37,660 bases of DNA from a virus (lineage: Duplodnaviria; Caudoviricetes): the IMG/VR virus record IMGVR_UViG_3300048849_000159, positions 1 through 37,660 of that record, one strand, 5' to 3'. A program made the position numbers and the translations under genes. This document shows, piece after piece, positions 1 through 8,160 of this stretch. The stretch's first letter is position 1; the number at the start of each line of letters is the position of its first letter. The notes beneath the pieces were generated by a model. That model was not told the DNA's origin, did no database searches, and was given only the letters and a program-made list of their open reading frames with translations.

Positions 1-6
1 ATGTAT

Positions 7-48
7 CCAAACGGACGTTTGACCCGATCGCCACCGACGGTCGACGCT
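7..48 (+). promoter_or_regulatory. Putative leaderless promoter with overlapping LexA-like box
   Basis: CCAAAC-GGAC-GTTTGA (7-22) resembles the actinobacterial SOS box TCGAAC-N4-GTTCGA; TTGACC (19-24), 18 nt, GACGCT (43-48), 6 nt, ATG55. Confidence 0.35.
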
Positions 49-54
49 GAAGGC

Positions 55-1236
55 ATGGACTGGGCCGCGATCCTACGGACGCTGGAGCGCGACGAGCTCG
101 CCGCTCTGCAGGCAGCTCTTGCAACGTCGACACGTACCGCCCCCACGCTCGCACAGTGGATCCGCCCGTGGTTCGCGGAGGTGCACTCAAGGAGGATCGC
201 TCCGAAGACGATCGCCTCGTACCGGACTAGCATCGAGCAGTACATCGTGCCGGCAATCGGGCGCATACCCCTTGGCGAGGTAGCACCTCACCATGTGCGC
301 AAGGTCGAGGCTGACATCCGCGGCAGAGGACTCGGAGGCGCCAGTGCGCAGCAGGCTCACCGGGTGCTGTCGTTGGCGCTCCGTGATGCGATGAGGGATG
401 GACACGTCAGTCGGAACGTAGCAGCGCTCGTCGACCAGCCGAAGAAGAAGCCGGCGCAGCTGGTAGCACTCACCGCGGACGACGGAGCTCGGATCCTCGA
501 GGCAGTGCAGCACGACCGGCTCGGTTCCCGCATAGCCGCCGCGCTCCTCACCGGCGCCCGGCAGGGGGAATTGCTCGGCCTCGAACTGGACCGTGTGACC
601 GACGAGCTGGACCTGTCGTGGCAGCTGAAGCGCTTCTCCTGGTCACACGGCTGCACGAGGAATTCGGACAGCCCGCGGTGCCATTCGCGGCAGGGCGCGA
701 AGTGCCCGGAGCGGTACCTGGACGCACCGGAGGATCAGGAGTTCCGGCACCTGACGGGCGGCCTGTGGCTGTCCCGGCCGAAGTCCGCTGCAGGATGGCG
801 TGTGGTGCCGTTGGTGGATCCATTGCGGTCGATCATCGAACGACGTGTGCAGGTCGCTGCGGAGGAGCCGAACCCGCACGGTCTGCTGTGGACGTCGGAC
901 CCGAAACGCAGTCGGCGAGGCGAAACCCTCGTCCTCGATGGGTCTCCGATCGACCCGCGTGACGACAACTGTGCTTGGCACGACGTGCTGAAGAGAGCCC
1001 GCGTGCGTGACGCTCGCCTCCACGACGCACGGCACGCAGCTGTCGACCTGCTCTACGCAGCCAACGTCTCCGAAGCCGTCATCGGCGACATCGTCGGCCA
1101 CTCCACCGTCACGATGTCGAGGGCGTACCGCTCGCGAGGGGATCGCGGCGCCCAACGCGCGGCCCTCGAAGCCATGGCGCGACTCGTCAAACCGACCGAT
1201 CCACCATCACCATCACCAACAGGGGGAACAGCATGA
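55..1236 (+). CDS. Tyrosine recombinase/integrase lacking the N-terminal arm-binding domain
   Basis: SAM-like core-binding region (PKTIASYRTSIEQYIVPAIG); catalytic TGARQGE, RPKS, HDARH, GHS, RAY; Cys-rich insert (HGC..C..C) typical of actinophage integrases; start moved from 1 to ATG55. Confidence 0.9.
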   Translation: MDWAAILRTLERDELAALQAALATSTRTAPTLAQWIRPWFAEVHSRRIAPKTIASYRTSIEQYIVPAIGRIPLGEVAPHHVRKVEADIRGRGLGGASAQQAHRVLSLALRDAMRDGHVSRNVAALVDQPKKKPAQLVALTADDGARILEAVQHDRLGSRIAAALLTGARQGELLGLELDRVTDELDLSWQLKRFSWSHGCTRNSDSPRCHSRQGAKCPERYLDAPEDQEFRHLTGGLWLSRPKSAAGWRVVPLVDPLRSIIERRVQVAAEEPNPHGLLWTSDPKRSRRGETLVLDGSPIDPRDDNCAWHDVLKRARVRDARLHDARHAAVDLLYAANVSEAVIGDIVGHSTVTMSRAYRSRGDRGAQRAALEAMARLVKPTDPPSPSPTGGTA

Positions 1237-1844
1237 ATCGTCACACCAGAATCGCATCCGCCTTCGCAGCTGCAGCGGCCATCGGAATCCTGCTCGCGTC
1301 ATGCAGCGGGGGAGCGCAGACCGATCAGGGCGAAGCAGCGAGCAGCCCAGCCCAGGAGACGACGACCACGGCGCCGACCCCCGTCGAGCACATCGATGAC
1401 ACGTGGACCTTCGACTACCAGGGAGCGACCGGCACGTTCAAGCTCAGCGGCGACCCGACCAATGCGGACGCCGCCGCTGTCGAATCAGCTCGCGCCACCG
1501 TCGACGGTGAGTCCGTCACCCTGGTCCCAGTGGAAATCGACAACACCGCGGGGACCGAGTCCATCAACATGTACGGCATCACCGTCGTCACGAAGGACGG
1601 GCAGCAGATCAAGAGCGTCGACCTCGCCGACAAGTTCTCCGCATGGGAGGACGCGGCTGGCGGCGACATCGACAAGTACAACGCCCTCGTCGACGCCAAC
1701 AACGAGTACGCCATGTTCGACCTCGCGGCCGGCGCCAAGGGCACCGCACTGGTCGCATTCGACCAGCCCGTCACCTCCGCGTGGCGAGTCACCGTGATGC
1801 CGGCCGGCGGGTTCGACGAGGTCGAGGCCTCGCCAAGCAAGTAG
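1233..1844 (+). CDS. Lipoprotein (possible superinfection-exclusion or surface moron)
   Basis: Signal peptide with lipobox LLAS-C, Thr/Pro/Ser linker, acidic beta-rich domain; ATGA-coupled to the recombinase. Confidence 0.8.
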   Translation: MNRHTRIASAFAAAAAIGILLASCSGGAQTDQGEAASSPAQETTTTAPTPVEHIDDTWTFDYQGATGTFKLSGDPTNADAAAVESARATVDGESVTLVPVEIDNTAGTESINMYGITVVTKDGQQIKSVDLADKFSAWEDAAGGDIDKYNALVDANNEYAMFDLAAGAKGTALVAFDQPVTSAWRVTVMPAGGFDEVEASPSK

Positions 1845-1871
1845 CCGTCGGTGCAGCGCGATACTGGACGG

Positions 1872-2177
1872 GTGACGAAAGTAGTAGGCACCCTCCGATC
1901 GACCGAAACGCAGGAGTCCGAAGGCAGCGGCGACAACATCAGCGAAGCACGCCAGGCCGCGATCGCTGCGCTGAACCTCGACGGGTTCGAGCTGCAGCAG
2001 GCGAACACGGTCACGAGCAAGGCGACGGGGGAGACCACGATCAAGGCTCGAGCCCGGTCCACCGCAACGAAGCCGCATGAGGCGACTGGCGCGAACTACG
2101 ACGCAGCGCTGCAGGCTTACCTGACCTCGATCCCCGAAGGGTGGCAGTCGCAGAACCTACGTGAGGTTCGCGGCTGA
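1872..2177 (+). CDS. Hypothetical protein
   Basis: Good codon usage; GTG1872 preceded at 6 nt by GATACT. Confidence 0.65.
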   Translation: MTKVVGTLRSTETQESEGSGDNISEARQAAIAALNLDGFELQQANTVTSKATGETTIKARARSTATKPHEATGANYDAALQAYLTSIPEGWQSQNLREVRG

Positions 2178-2300
2178 CCCAACAGTCCGCCGGTCGCCTC
2201 ACGCCGAGCGCTTGCCGAATCCAAACCAGCCGAGGAGGCGCTTTCCGATCCAAGCCTTCGGCTGTTCAAGCGGCGTGCTTCTGTGGGGTAAACTCGGGAC

Positions 2301-2405
2301 ACGGTAGCGAGTCCCGCCGCGGACCCCGCGCCGTTTCCGCAGACGCGCGCAGCGTGTTTACGCTCGAAGCCGCCCGGTCGTTCACTCGGCCGGGCGCTTT
2401 GCGTT
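2301..2405 (+). ncRNA. Candidate ~105-nt small RNA
   Basis: TAAACT -10 at 2289-2294 (TTCAAG 18 nt upstream); no start codon; three hairpins, the last CGCCCGGTCG/CGGCCGGGCG followed by CTTTGCGTT. Confidence 0.4.
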
Positions 2406-2424
2406 CAGCAAGCCGCGCCCTCTG

Positions 2425-2449
2425 CACCTAACAGGGCCGCTGTTAGGTG
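2425..2449. repeat. Perfect 10-bp inverted repeat CACCTAACAG-GGCCG-CTGTTAGGTG
   Basis: Read directly; extends imperfectly to 2412-2457. Confidence 0.85.
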
Positions 2450-2575
2450 TGCGCGGTACGCTGGCCACACAGTCCCCCCGCCGCCTCTCGCCGAAGCGCC
2501 CTGCGGGGGTCCTCTGCTTCCTGGCTCTGAAATGTCAGGGTGCGGCAAAACTCCGGGGAAACTAGGCTCGCGCGC

Positions 2576-3022
2576 ATGGGGTTCAAGGAGTGGCTGGCAG
2601 GAGCGGACGAGCGGGCAGCGAAAGCGTCAGCCCGCCTCGACGAGATCAACCGCCGCCAACGGGAGACGGGGAAGTTCGCCGGCGTCTACCTCACTGACGG
2701 GATGATCGGCTGGACCGACCAGGGCCACGCACGCCGCGAACCAGTCACCGGAGCTCGAGCAGAAGTCGCGGTCGGCGCCGACGCGCAACGCCGCATCACC
2801 GCGACCCGCATCGTCCTCATCGGAGTGTTCGCGCTCGCGTTCCGGAAGCAGAAGGGCACCGGGTTCCTCACGATTGAGAACGACACGTACTACCTGGGGG
2901 TGCCGTTCCCGATCAAGGATGAGCGGGACGCTCGAGCGTTCGCGGCGAAGGTGAACGCTGCGGCCCGTTCGGGACCTCCCGGTGTACTACCCCTATGCAC
3001 CCCGGAGACACCGGGGCGATAG
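2576..3022 (+). CDS. Hypothetical membrane-associated prophage accessory protein
   Basis: RRITATRIVLIGVFALAFRK hydrophobic segment; TAGGCT 7 nt before ATG2576. Confidence 0.7.
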   Translation: MGFKEWLAGADERAAKASARLDEINRRQRETGKFAGVYLTDGMIGWTDQGHARREPVTGARAEVAVGADAQRRITATRIVLIGVFALAFRKQKGTGFLTIENDTYYLGVPFPIKDERDARAFAAKVNAAARSGPPGVLPLCTPETPGR

Positions 3023-3033
3023 GAGGCCACACC

Positions 3034-3204
3034 GTGATCACTTGCTCACACCCCAACATCACCGCGCTAGGCAGCACTCGATGCTCCGCTTTCCAGCACT
3101 GCCCTGACTGCGGTTGGGAATCCGTTCCCGCAGGTCACACATGGAACGAAGACCGCTCCGACTGCGTCGTCTGCCGCCGGAACGGCTTAACTTCCGCGGA
3201 ATGA
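3034..3204 (+). CDS. Small Cys/His-rich putative zinc-binding protein (56 aa)
   Basis: AGGAGG RBS at 3021-3026, GTG3034; CSH, HCPDC, CVVC. Confidence 0.55.
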   Translation: MITCSHPNITALGSTRCSAFQHCPDCGWESVPAGHTWNEDRSDCVVCRRNGLTSAE

Positions 3205-3246
3205 AGCCCTCAGCTTCATGTCGGCGGCCGGAGCGACACTGCCACC

Positions 3247-3522
3247 ATGCCGCAGTACCAGTGGTCGCCACCGCAGCACCCTGACCCGCCCGAGGACCAA
3301 CCGGAAGGCATCGACGGTGTCGAATGGTCCAACGCGGTCGACCACGCACCCGTCTGGGTTGACGTTGTCTTCTCCCGAAGCGGCCGTCAACGGGTTCCCG
3401 GGTTCGTCCAAGCCGACGCAGGCGACCGCGTGTACCTGCAGCTCGTCTTCATGGGGTTCGTGCACCACCTGTGGGTGCCCCGATCCAGCGTCACCAACCG
3501 GCAGCTGAAACCACGCCGCTGA
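3247..3522 (+). CDS. Hypothetical protein
   Basis: 91-aa ORF with host-like codon usage; GACACT 6 nt upstream. Confidence 0.65.
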   Translation: MPQYQWSPPQHPDPPEDQPEGIDGVEWSNAVDHAPVWVDVVFSRSGRQRVPGFVQADAGDRVYLQLVFMGFVHHLWVPRSSVTNRQLKPRR

Positions 3523-3530
3523 ACGCAGAA

Positions 3531-3566
3531 ACACGCCCCACCCCCTGGGTAGGGGGAGGGGCGTGT
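3531..3566 (-). terminator. Intrinsic terminator, probably ending the late (- strand) transcript; may be bidirectional
   Basis: ACACGCCCC-A-CCCCCT/AGGGGG-A-GGGGCGTGT stem, followed on the - strand by TTCTGCGTT. Confidence 0.65.
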
Positions 3567-3592
3567 CGTGAGTGTCGCTTAGGATCGGGGCC

Positions 3593-4282
3593 ATGCGGGG
3601 GAAACGGGTTCTATCCATCGGCGCGATCGCGCTCGTCGTCGTCGCTGGAGCGCTCGCTACGGGATATACCGTCCACAAGCACAACCAGTGCGCTCCGAAC
3701 CAGACGAACGCATCAGCGGGGTCCGGTCACGCCGGACCATCGACCGGACCTACCGTCAGTGTGATCGGCGATTCCTACGCCAGTGGCATGGGCCTCGAAC
3801 ACCCCCGCGAGAGTTGGGCCTTCGACCTTGCCCGCTCCTACAAGATGAGCACCACGGTGAATGCCTTTCCCGGCACCGGATACGTCATCGGCGGAGCCTG
3901 CGGCGACCACTCGTTCCCGACCCGGACGAGCAGCATCCACTCGGATGCCAGCACGGTCATCATCGAGGGCGGCCTCAACGACGCGATCTTCGGCACGAGC
4001 AGCAGCGATCTCCGCTCCACAGCGCAGAAGCTGCTCCACGACGCAGCAAACCGCGCTCCGAAGGCGAACATCGTGGTGGTCGGACCTGCTTCCCCTCCCG
4101 ACGTCCCCACCGCTTCAGTTCAGCGCGTGGACGAAGTGCTTCGAGCAGCCGCGGAGCAGGGCGGGCACGACTACGTCGACCTGACCGGGCTTCGCTTCCA
4201 CTTCCCTGACGGCACCCACCCAGACGTCGAGGGGCACCGACTCATCGCGGCGTCGGTCAGCGATGCTCTCAGCGCGGGCTGA
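3593..4282 (+). CDS. Secreted or membrane-anchored SGNH/GDSL hydrolase
   Basis: N-terminal TM/signal; blocks VIGDSY, PGTGY, EGGLND, DGTHP; TAGGAT 7 nt before ATG3593. Confidence 0.9.
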   Translation: MRGKRVLSIGAIALVVVAGALATGYTVHKHNQCAPNQTNASAGSGHAGPSTGPTVSVIGDSYASGMGLEHPRESWAFDLARSYKMSTTVNAFPGTGYVIGGACGDHSFPTRTSSIHSDASTVIIEGGLNDAIFGTSSSDLRSTAQKLLHDAANRAPKANIVVVGPASPPDVPTASVQRVDEVLRAAAEQGGHDYVDLTGLRFHFPDGTHPDVEGHRLIAASVSDALSAG

Positions 4283-5459
4283 TGAACGAGAGGACTGTTT
4301 CGGCGATCAGGCCGTGCCCCTGATCGGTAGGGTGCACCTTGTCACCATTCCAGTTGCCGAGCGCGTTGGTGACTGCTGGGCTGGCGTAGCGCGCTGACAG
4401 GTCAAGATGAGCAACACCAGCGTCAGAAGCGGCAATCGAGGCGGCTGCTTCGACATACGCAGACCACGGATACGTGGTCGTGGTCACGTCGCCTCGCGCC
4501 GGGTACGTAATGAGCACCACGGTCGGCGGCAATGTGCACTTGCCGCGCAGAGCAGTAATCAATGTCTGCAAGTTCGCCTTGGAAGTTGCTGGATCGATAC
4601 CCGCCTGGTAGTCGTTCGTCATGAGGGCGATCATGATTAGTTGCGGCTGAATCTTGATAGCCGCGTCGCCCCAGTACGACCCGCCGTTCACCCAATCGGT
4701 CGTCTTCCAACCCCAGTGCCCGGATTCGAAAACCTGCACTCCACTAGTCTCGTCACCGTTGAAGACCGTCAGGCCGCCGAAGTAGACATCTCCGGACGCA
4801 ACAGTGATCTGGACTGTGTGGCTGCCAGCAGTCAACGCGGGGCTCACCCACGTTTTTCCATCCGTGAGAGCGCCACTCGTTGGGACTACCGTGGCAGCGG
4901 CACCATCGATGCTGATACCGAATGAACCGGTCGACGGGCCTTGGGTGTACCAAAGCCAAAACGACGTGCCCGTGATCGTGTACGTGTACGACTGACTGTT
5001 AGACGCGAACATGTGGGCACTGCGGCGACCCAGGCCGAAGGTGCTGTCAGCAGTTGGGACACTGCTCGAGACCGCAGTGTAAGGATTCCCCATGACCGCC
5101 GGGATACCGCCCACATAGTAGGGGGGCAGGTGCCCGATGCCTCCGGCAGCGGCCTGGGGGAACTTGCCGCGCAGCCCTGTCATCAAGCGGTCAACCCAAC
5201 GGTTCGCACGAGCGGTCGCGAAAGCACCCTCGAGGATTGAGTCGCCCACCGCCAGAATGCGAGCCGGCGCTTTAGAACGGTTGCCGAGCGCGCTCAGCCA
5301 CGGCTCCATTGCCGAACCCGTCTGTGCCGACAGGGCCGCAGCTCCAGCCTTGCTCAGAGCGGGGTACTTGGTGGCGTTGCGCTTGTCGTGGGCGTCGAGG
5401 ATCGAGGGCGGGAACAGCTTCGTGGTCGCATCGACCGGCGCGATGGGTGGGTTCACCAT
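4269..5459 (-). CDS. SGNH esterase-containing tail or receptor-binding protein
   Basis: AVGDSI, GHWG, MTND, DKVHP with a beta-rich insert; AGGAGG RBS before ATG5459; last gene of the late operon. Confidence 0.8.
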   Translation of the reverse strand: MVNPPIAPVDATTKLFPPSILDAHDKRNATKYPALSKAGAAALSAQTGSAMEPWLSALGNRSKAPARILAVGDSILEGAFATARANRWVDRLMTGLRGKFPQAAAGGIGHLPPYYVGGIPAVMGNPYTAVSSSVPTADSTFGLGRRSAHMFASNSQSYTYTITGTSFWLWYTQGPSTGSFGISIDGAAATVVPTSGALTDGKTWVSPALTAGSHTVQITVASGDVYFGGLTVFNGDETSGVQVFESGHWGWKTTDWVNGGSYWGDAAIKIQPQLIMIALMTNDYQAGIDPATSKANLQTLITALRGKCTLPPTVVLITYPARGDVTTTTYPWSAYVEAAASIAASDAGVAHLDLSARYASPAVTNALGNWNGDKVHPTDQGHGLIAETVLSFISPR

Positions 5460-5472
5460 GGTGACCTCCTGG

Positions 5473-5874
5473 TCAGTTCGTCGTGTAGAGGCCAGAGGCC
5501 GAGTCGTACGTGAGCGCGGAACCGTCAGGTACCGAGTAGAGGCCCGTCTGCGGGTCGTACGCGAGAGGCGCAGCACCGCCGCCACCCCCTCCGCCCGCAG
5601 CAGCGATCGCGTCCGCCAGAGCAGCACCCTCGACAGTGGTCGGGTCCGCGAGGTTCTCCGCGAGACGAGCGCGCACTTCCGGCGGCAGCTCCCCGTCGCC
5701 GGAAGCCGTCAGGTGGATCGGAAGGTCCGCCCACGGGCTGAACCCGTCACCGATCTTCGCCACCCCGTTCGTCTCGTCGTACCCCCACTCACCCGACGCC
5801 AGGGGAATCGCGCTACCCGCCCACTCATCAGCGCCACCGCGCTTCACCACGATCGTGGCGTACTCCGTAGCCAT
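5473..5874 (-). CDS. Mtd_N-like (major tropism determinant N-terminal domain) tail adaptor
   Basis: KRGGADEW...LASGEWGYDETNGVAKIGDGFSPWADLP matches the Mtd_N/hyaluronidase N-terminal signature. Confidence 0.75.
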   Translation of the reverse strand: MATEYATIVVKRGGADEWAGSAIPLASGEWGYDETNGVAKIGDGFSPWADLPIHLTASGDGELPPEVRARLAENLADPTTVEGAALADAIAAAGGGGGGGAAPLAYDPQTGLYSVPDGSALTYDSASGLYTTN

Positions 5875-5936
5875 GCTGGCCTTCCTTCAAGTCGTCACGG
5901 CCACACGGGCCTACTTCACCGCCCCGGAGGGCAGCG

Positions 5937-6389
5937 TCAAGAACTGGGGTTGGGCCGTCCCGGCTGCGTCTGCTCCGGGAACAGGTCCAGATCAAGCGCG
6001 TTCTGCTCGTCGTACGTCAGCCGAGGCATGGCACCGTTCCGGCCGCCGTCGTCCCACCAGTAGAGGCGCTGAACGAACCACGACATGATGCGGTCCTTGT
6101 TGCTGAACTTCGCGATCAGCTCGTCCCGCTGACGGATCTGTTCGTCCTGCGCCGCGATCTGCCCGTTCTGTGTCTCGATCTGCTCGTTCAGAGGCTTCGT
6201 CGCGTTCGCAACAGCGTCTCGCACCACACCGTCCACGTACTTCCGGAACTCGAGGTCGTTCTGGAACTGCCCCTGCTGCTCCGTCGCACGGTCGTGCTTC
6301 CGCGATGCCCGCGTGGTGACCACGACTCCGAGGAAACCGAACAGACCACCACCACCGATGAGCAGACCGGCGATCTCCCAGCCGTTCAC
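5937..6389 (-). CDS. Lysis-cassette membrane protein (1 TM plus coiled coil)
   Basis: N-terminal hydrophobic helix, Gln-rich heptads; downstream of holin. Confidence 0.7.
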   Translation of the reverse strand: MNGWEIAGLLIGGGGLFGFLGVVVTTRASRKHDRATEQQGQFQNDLEFRKYVDGVVRDAVANATKPLNEQIETQNGQIAAQDEQIRQRDELIAKFSNKDRIMSWFVQRLYWWDDGGRNGAMPRLTYDEQNALDLDLFPEQTQPGRPNPSS

Positions 6390-6838
6390 CGATCAGCTCC
6401 ACGGTCGCGCCGTTCGCCTTCCTCGTCGCCGAGAATCCACAACCGGTACGCGAGGAACACGGCCAGCGCGATGAAGAACGTCGCTGTGAACGGCACCCCC
6501 CGGATGAACAGAGCCACCGCGTAGGTACCGCAGAACATGATGAGCCCGCACTTCCCGAACACCTCGAGCGCCCAGAGGGCTGGGAACGAGATGCCGATGA
6601 GGCAGATGAGCGCCACAGCGATGAACACCAGGGAGAAGGCGTACGCGGCAACGGGCACCAGTTGCTCGAACGACGGGATGCCGTTCGTGATGGCGAACAC
6701 GCCACCTCCGACGAAGATCAGGTCGACGGCGGGGATGACGTATCGCTTCAACGGGACGGCGTACTTTGCTTCGGATGCAGGGATAGCACCGGGTGCCCAG
6801 ATGGATGCGGCGGCGAGCCGCTTGATGAGACGCAGCAT
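6386..6838 (-). CDS. Lysis-cassette multi-TM membrane protein
   Basis: About 4 hydrophobic helices; GGAGGG RBS. Confidence 0.7.
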   Translation of the reverse strand: MLRLIKRLAAASIWAPGAIPASEAKYAVPLKRYVIPAVDLIFVGGGVFAITNGIPSFEQLVPVAAYAFSLVFIAVALICLIGISFPALWALEVFGKCGLIMFCGTYAVALFIRGVPFTATFFIALAVFLAYRLWILGDEEGERRDRGADR

Positions 6839-6856
6839 GCGTCCCTCCTGTCTGGG

Positions 6857-7237
6857 CTACGCGTCGCCCTGCTCGGTTCGGAGGTCCGTGGTCGACGGTT
6901 CGAACTGCGCCGGCTGCAGCTCGGGCGACTTCGCCGCCGCAGTCTCCTTCGCGACACCACGAGGCACGGACCCGAGGCCGATGACGGTCAGCCACCGGTT
7001 CACCGTCGGGATCGCGATGATCGCAGTCAGTGCAGCGTTGATCGCGACAGCCTGCACAGCGACGACGGTCAGCCCGGTTGCGGCCGGCCACTGCCCCTGC
7101 ACGATCTGCACGATCTGCGGGACGATCGGGAGGACCGTCAGGATCGTCGTGAACGCGGTCCGGAGGACCCGTTGCGTGCGGTACCAGATGGCATCGACGT
7201 CGAACCGCTGCGACGTAGTGACTTCGTGGTCGCCCAT
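6857..7237 (-). CDS. Holin
   Basis: RVLRTAFTT...2 TM...IPTVNRWL..IGLG, an actinophage holin pattern; directly after endolysin. Confidence 0.75.
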   Translation of the reverse strand: MGDHEVTTSQRFDVDAIWYRTQRVLRTAFTTILTVLPIVPQIVQIVQGQWPAATGLTVVAVQAVAINAALTAIIAIPTVNRWLTVIGLGSVPRGVAKETAAAKSPELQPAQFEPSTTDLRTEQGDA

Positions 7238-8097
7238 CAGACGAGCTCCCCTCGAGGTCCGAACTTCCCGCCACGCGCGAGGTGCGCGAGACGGCTGTGG
7301 ATGGCGAACGCCTTGTCGAACTGCGAGGCCGGCACCTTCTCGAAGTGCACGCCGTCGTCGAGGAGCGCCTGCCGGATCTCCTTGCCCGAGTACTGGGTGC
7401 CGATCGAGAGTGCGAGCGGCTGATTCACGCCGTCGCGGATCAGGTAATCGCCGACGCCGGGAGCGGCCACGAAGTACGTGTCCTGATCCTTGCCGTTGGT
7501 GCCAACCCGCTGGTACACGGTGACCGTGTCTGCTGCTGCCATGAGTAGCCTCCTGAGTGTTTCGGTTTCTGGTTCCTGCTGCGGTTCCGGCTTCGGTTGC
7601 GCGGTGAGTGCTGCGGCCGTGCTGACTGCCCGCACGGAAGCGTCCGGGTACGGGGCGAGCCGTTCAGCCCGGGTCGCCATCTCGTGGTGCCACGGCTCAC
7701 CGAAGTTGACGCCGGTCCACGTCCCACCACGCGCTTCGATGACCTCGTGCAGCTTCGCGAACTCCGTGGGCGTGAGGGCCCGGTTCGACCCGTCGGGCAT
7801 CGTGATGCCGAAATCAAGCGCGTTGCCGTGCAGCACCTCGTCATGCCGTGACGTGAACGGCGGTGCGACAGTGACGCCGAGGGAGAAGCGGTTGGCCCAC
7901 AGGTAGGACTGCCGCGGGCGAGAGCGCATGCCCTCGTTCACCGACAGGGCACCGACCGCGCCGCGCGACTTCTGCCAGGCGTTGAAATCAACCATGACGG
8001 ACAACACCTGCAGTGCGATGCGAGCCGTCGAGACGAACTGTTCCACGCCGCGGAGATCGCCGTACGACGACTTCCGGACGCTGTACTTGCCGGCCAT
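7237..8097 (-). CDS. Endolysin, M15-family Zn peptidase plus C-terminal domain
   Basis: EGMRSRPRQ, TSRH, NALD, EPWH motifs; PKPEPQQEP linker; AAGGAGG RBS before ATG8097. Confidence 0.85.
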   Translation of the reverse strand: MAGKYSVRKSSYGDLRGVEQFVSTARIALQVLSVMVDFNAWQKSRGAVGALSVNEGMRSRPRQSYLWANRFSLGVTVAPPFTSRHDEVLHGNALDFGITMPDGSNRALTPTEFAKLHEVIEARGGTWTGVNFGEPWHHEMATRAERLAPYPDASVRAVSTAAALTAQPKPEPQQEPETETLRRLLMAAADTVTVYQRVGTNGKDQDTYFVAAPGVGDYLIRDGVNQPLALSIGTQYSGKEIRQALLDDGVHFEKVPASQFDKAFAIHSRLAHLARGGKFGPRGELV

Positions 8098-8102
8098 GCC
8101 GC

Positions 8103-8142
8103 CTCCTTGAAATAGGAAAGCCGCCCCACCGGGACGGCTGAT
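8103..8142 (-). promoter_or_regulatory. Hairpin-RBS element upstream of endolysin (copy 1)
   Basis: - strand ATCAGCCGTCC-loop-GGGCGGCTTT-N-TTCAAGGAG, nearly identical to 17026-17066. Confidence 0.6.
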
Positions 8143-8160
8143 CAATGAACTTCAGGCAGG

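Noticed and set aside
55-4282. Classical integron
   Set aside because: Recombinase is actinophage-integrase-like with no recognisable IntI patch; no recurring 57-141 bp attC; the ACCCAAC..CTGTT pairing at 2177-2266 is weak and lacks GTTRRRY
5473-5874. Diversity-generating retroelement suggested by the Mtd_N domain
   Set aside because: No reverse transcriptase, Avd, C-type lectin domain or TR/VR repeat pair seen
7097-7127. Short CTGCACGAT tandem repeat in holin
   Set aside because: Simply encodes PQIVQIVQ; no sign of phase variation
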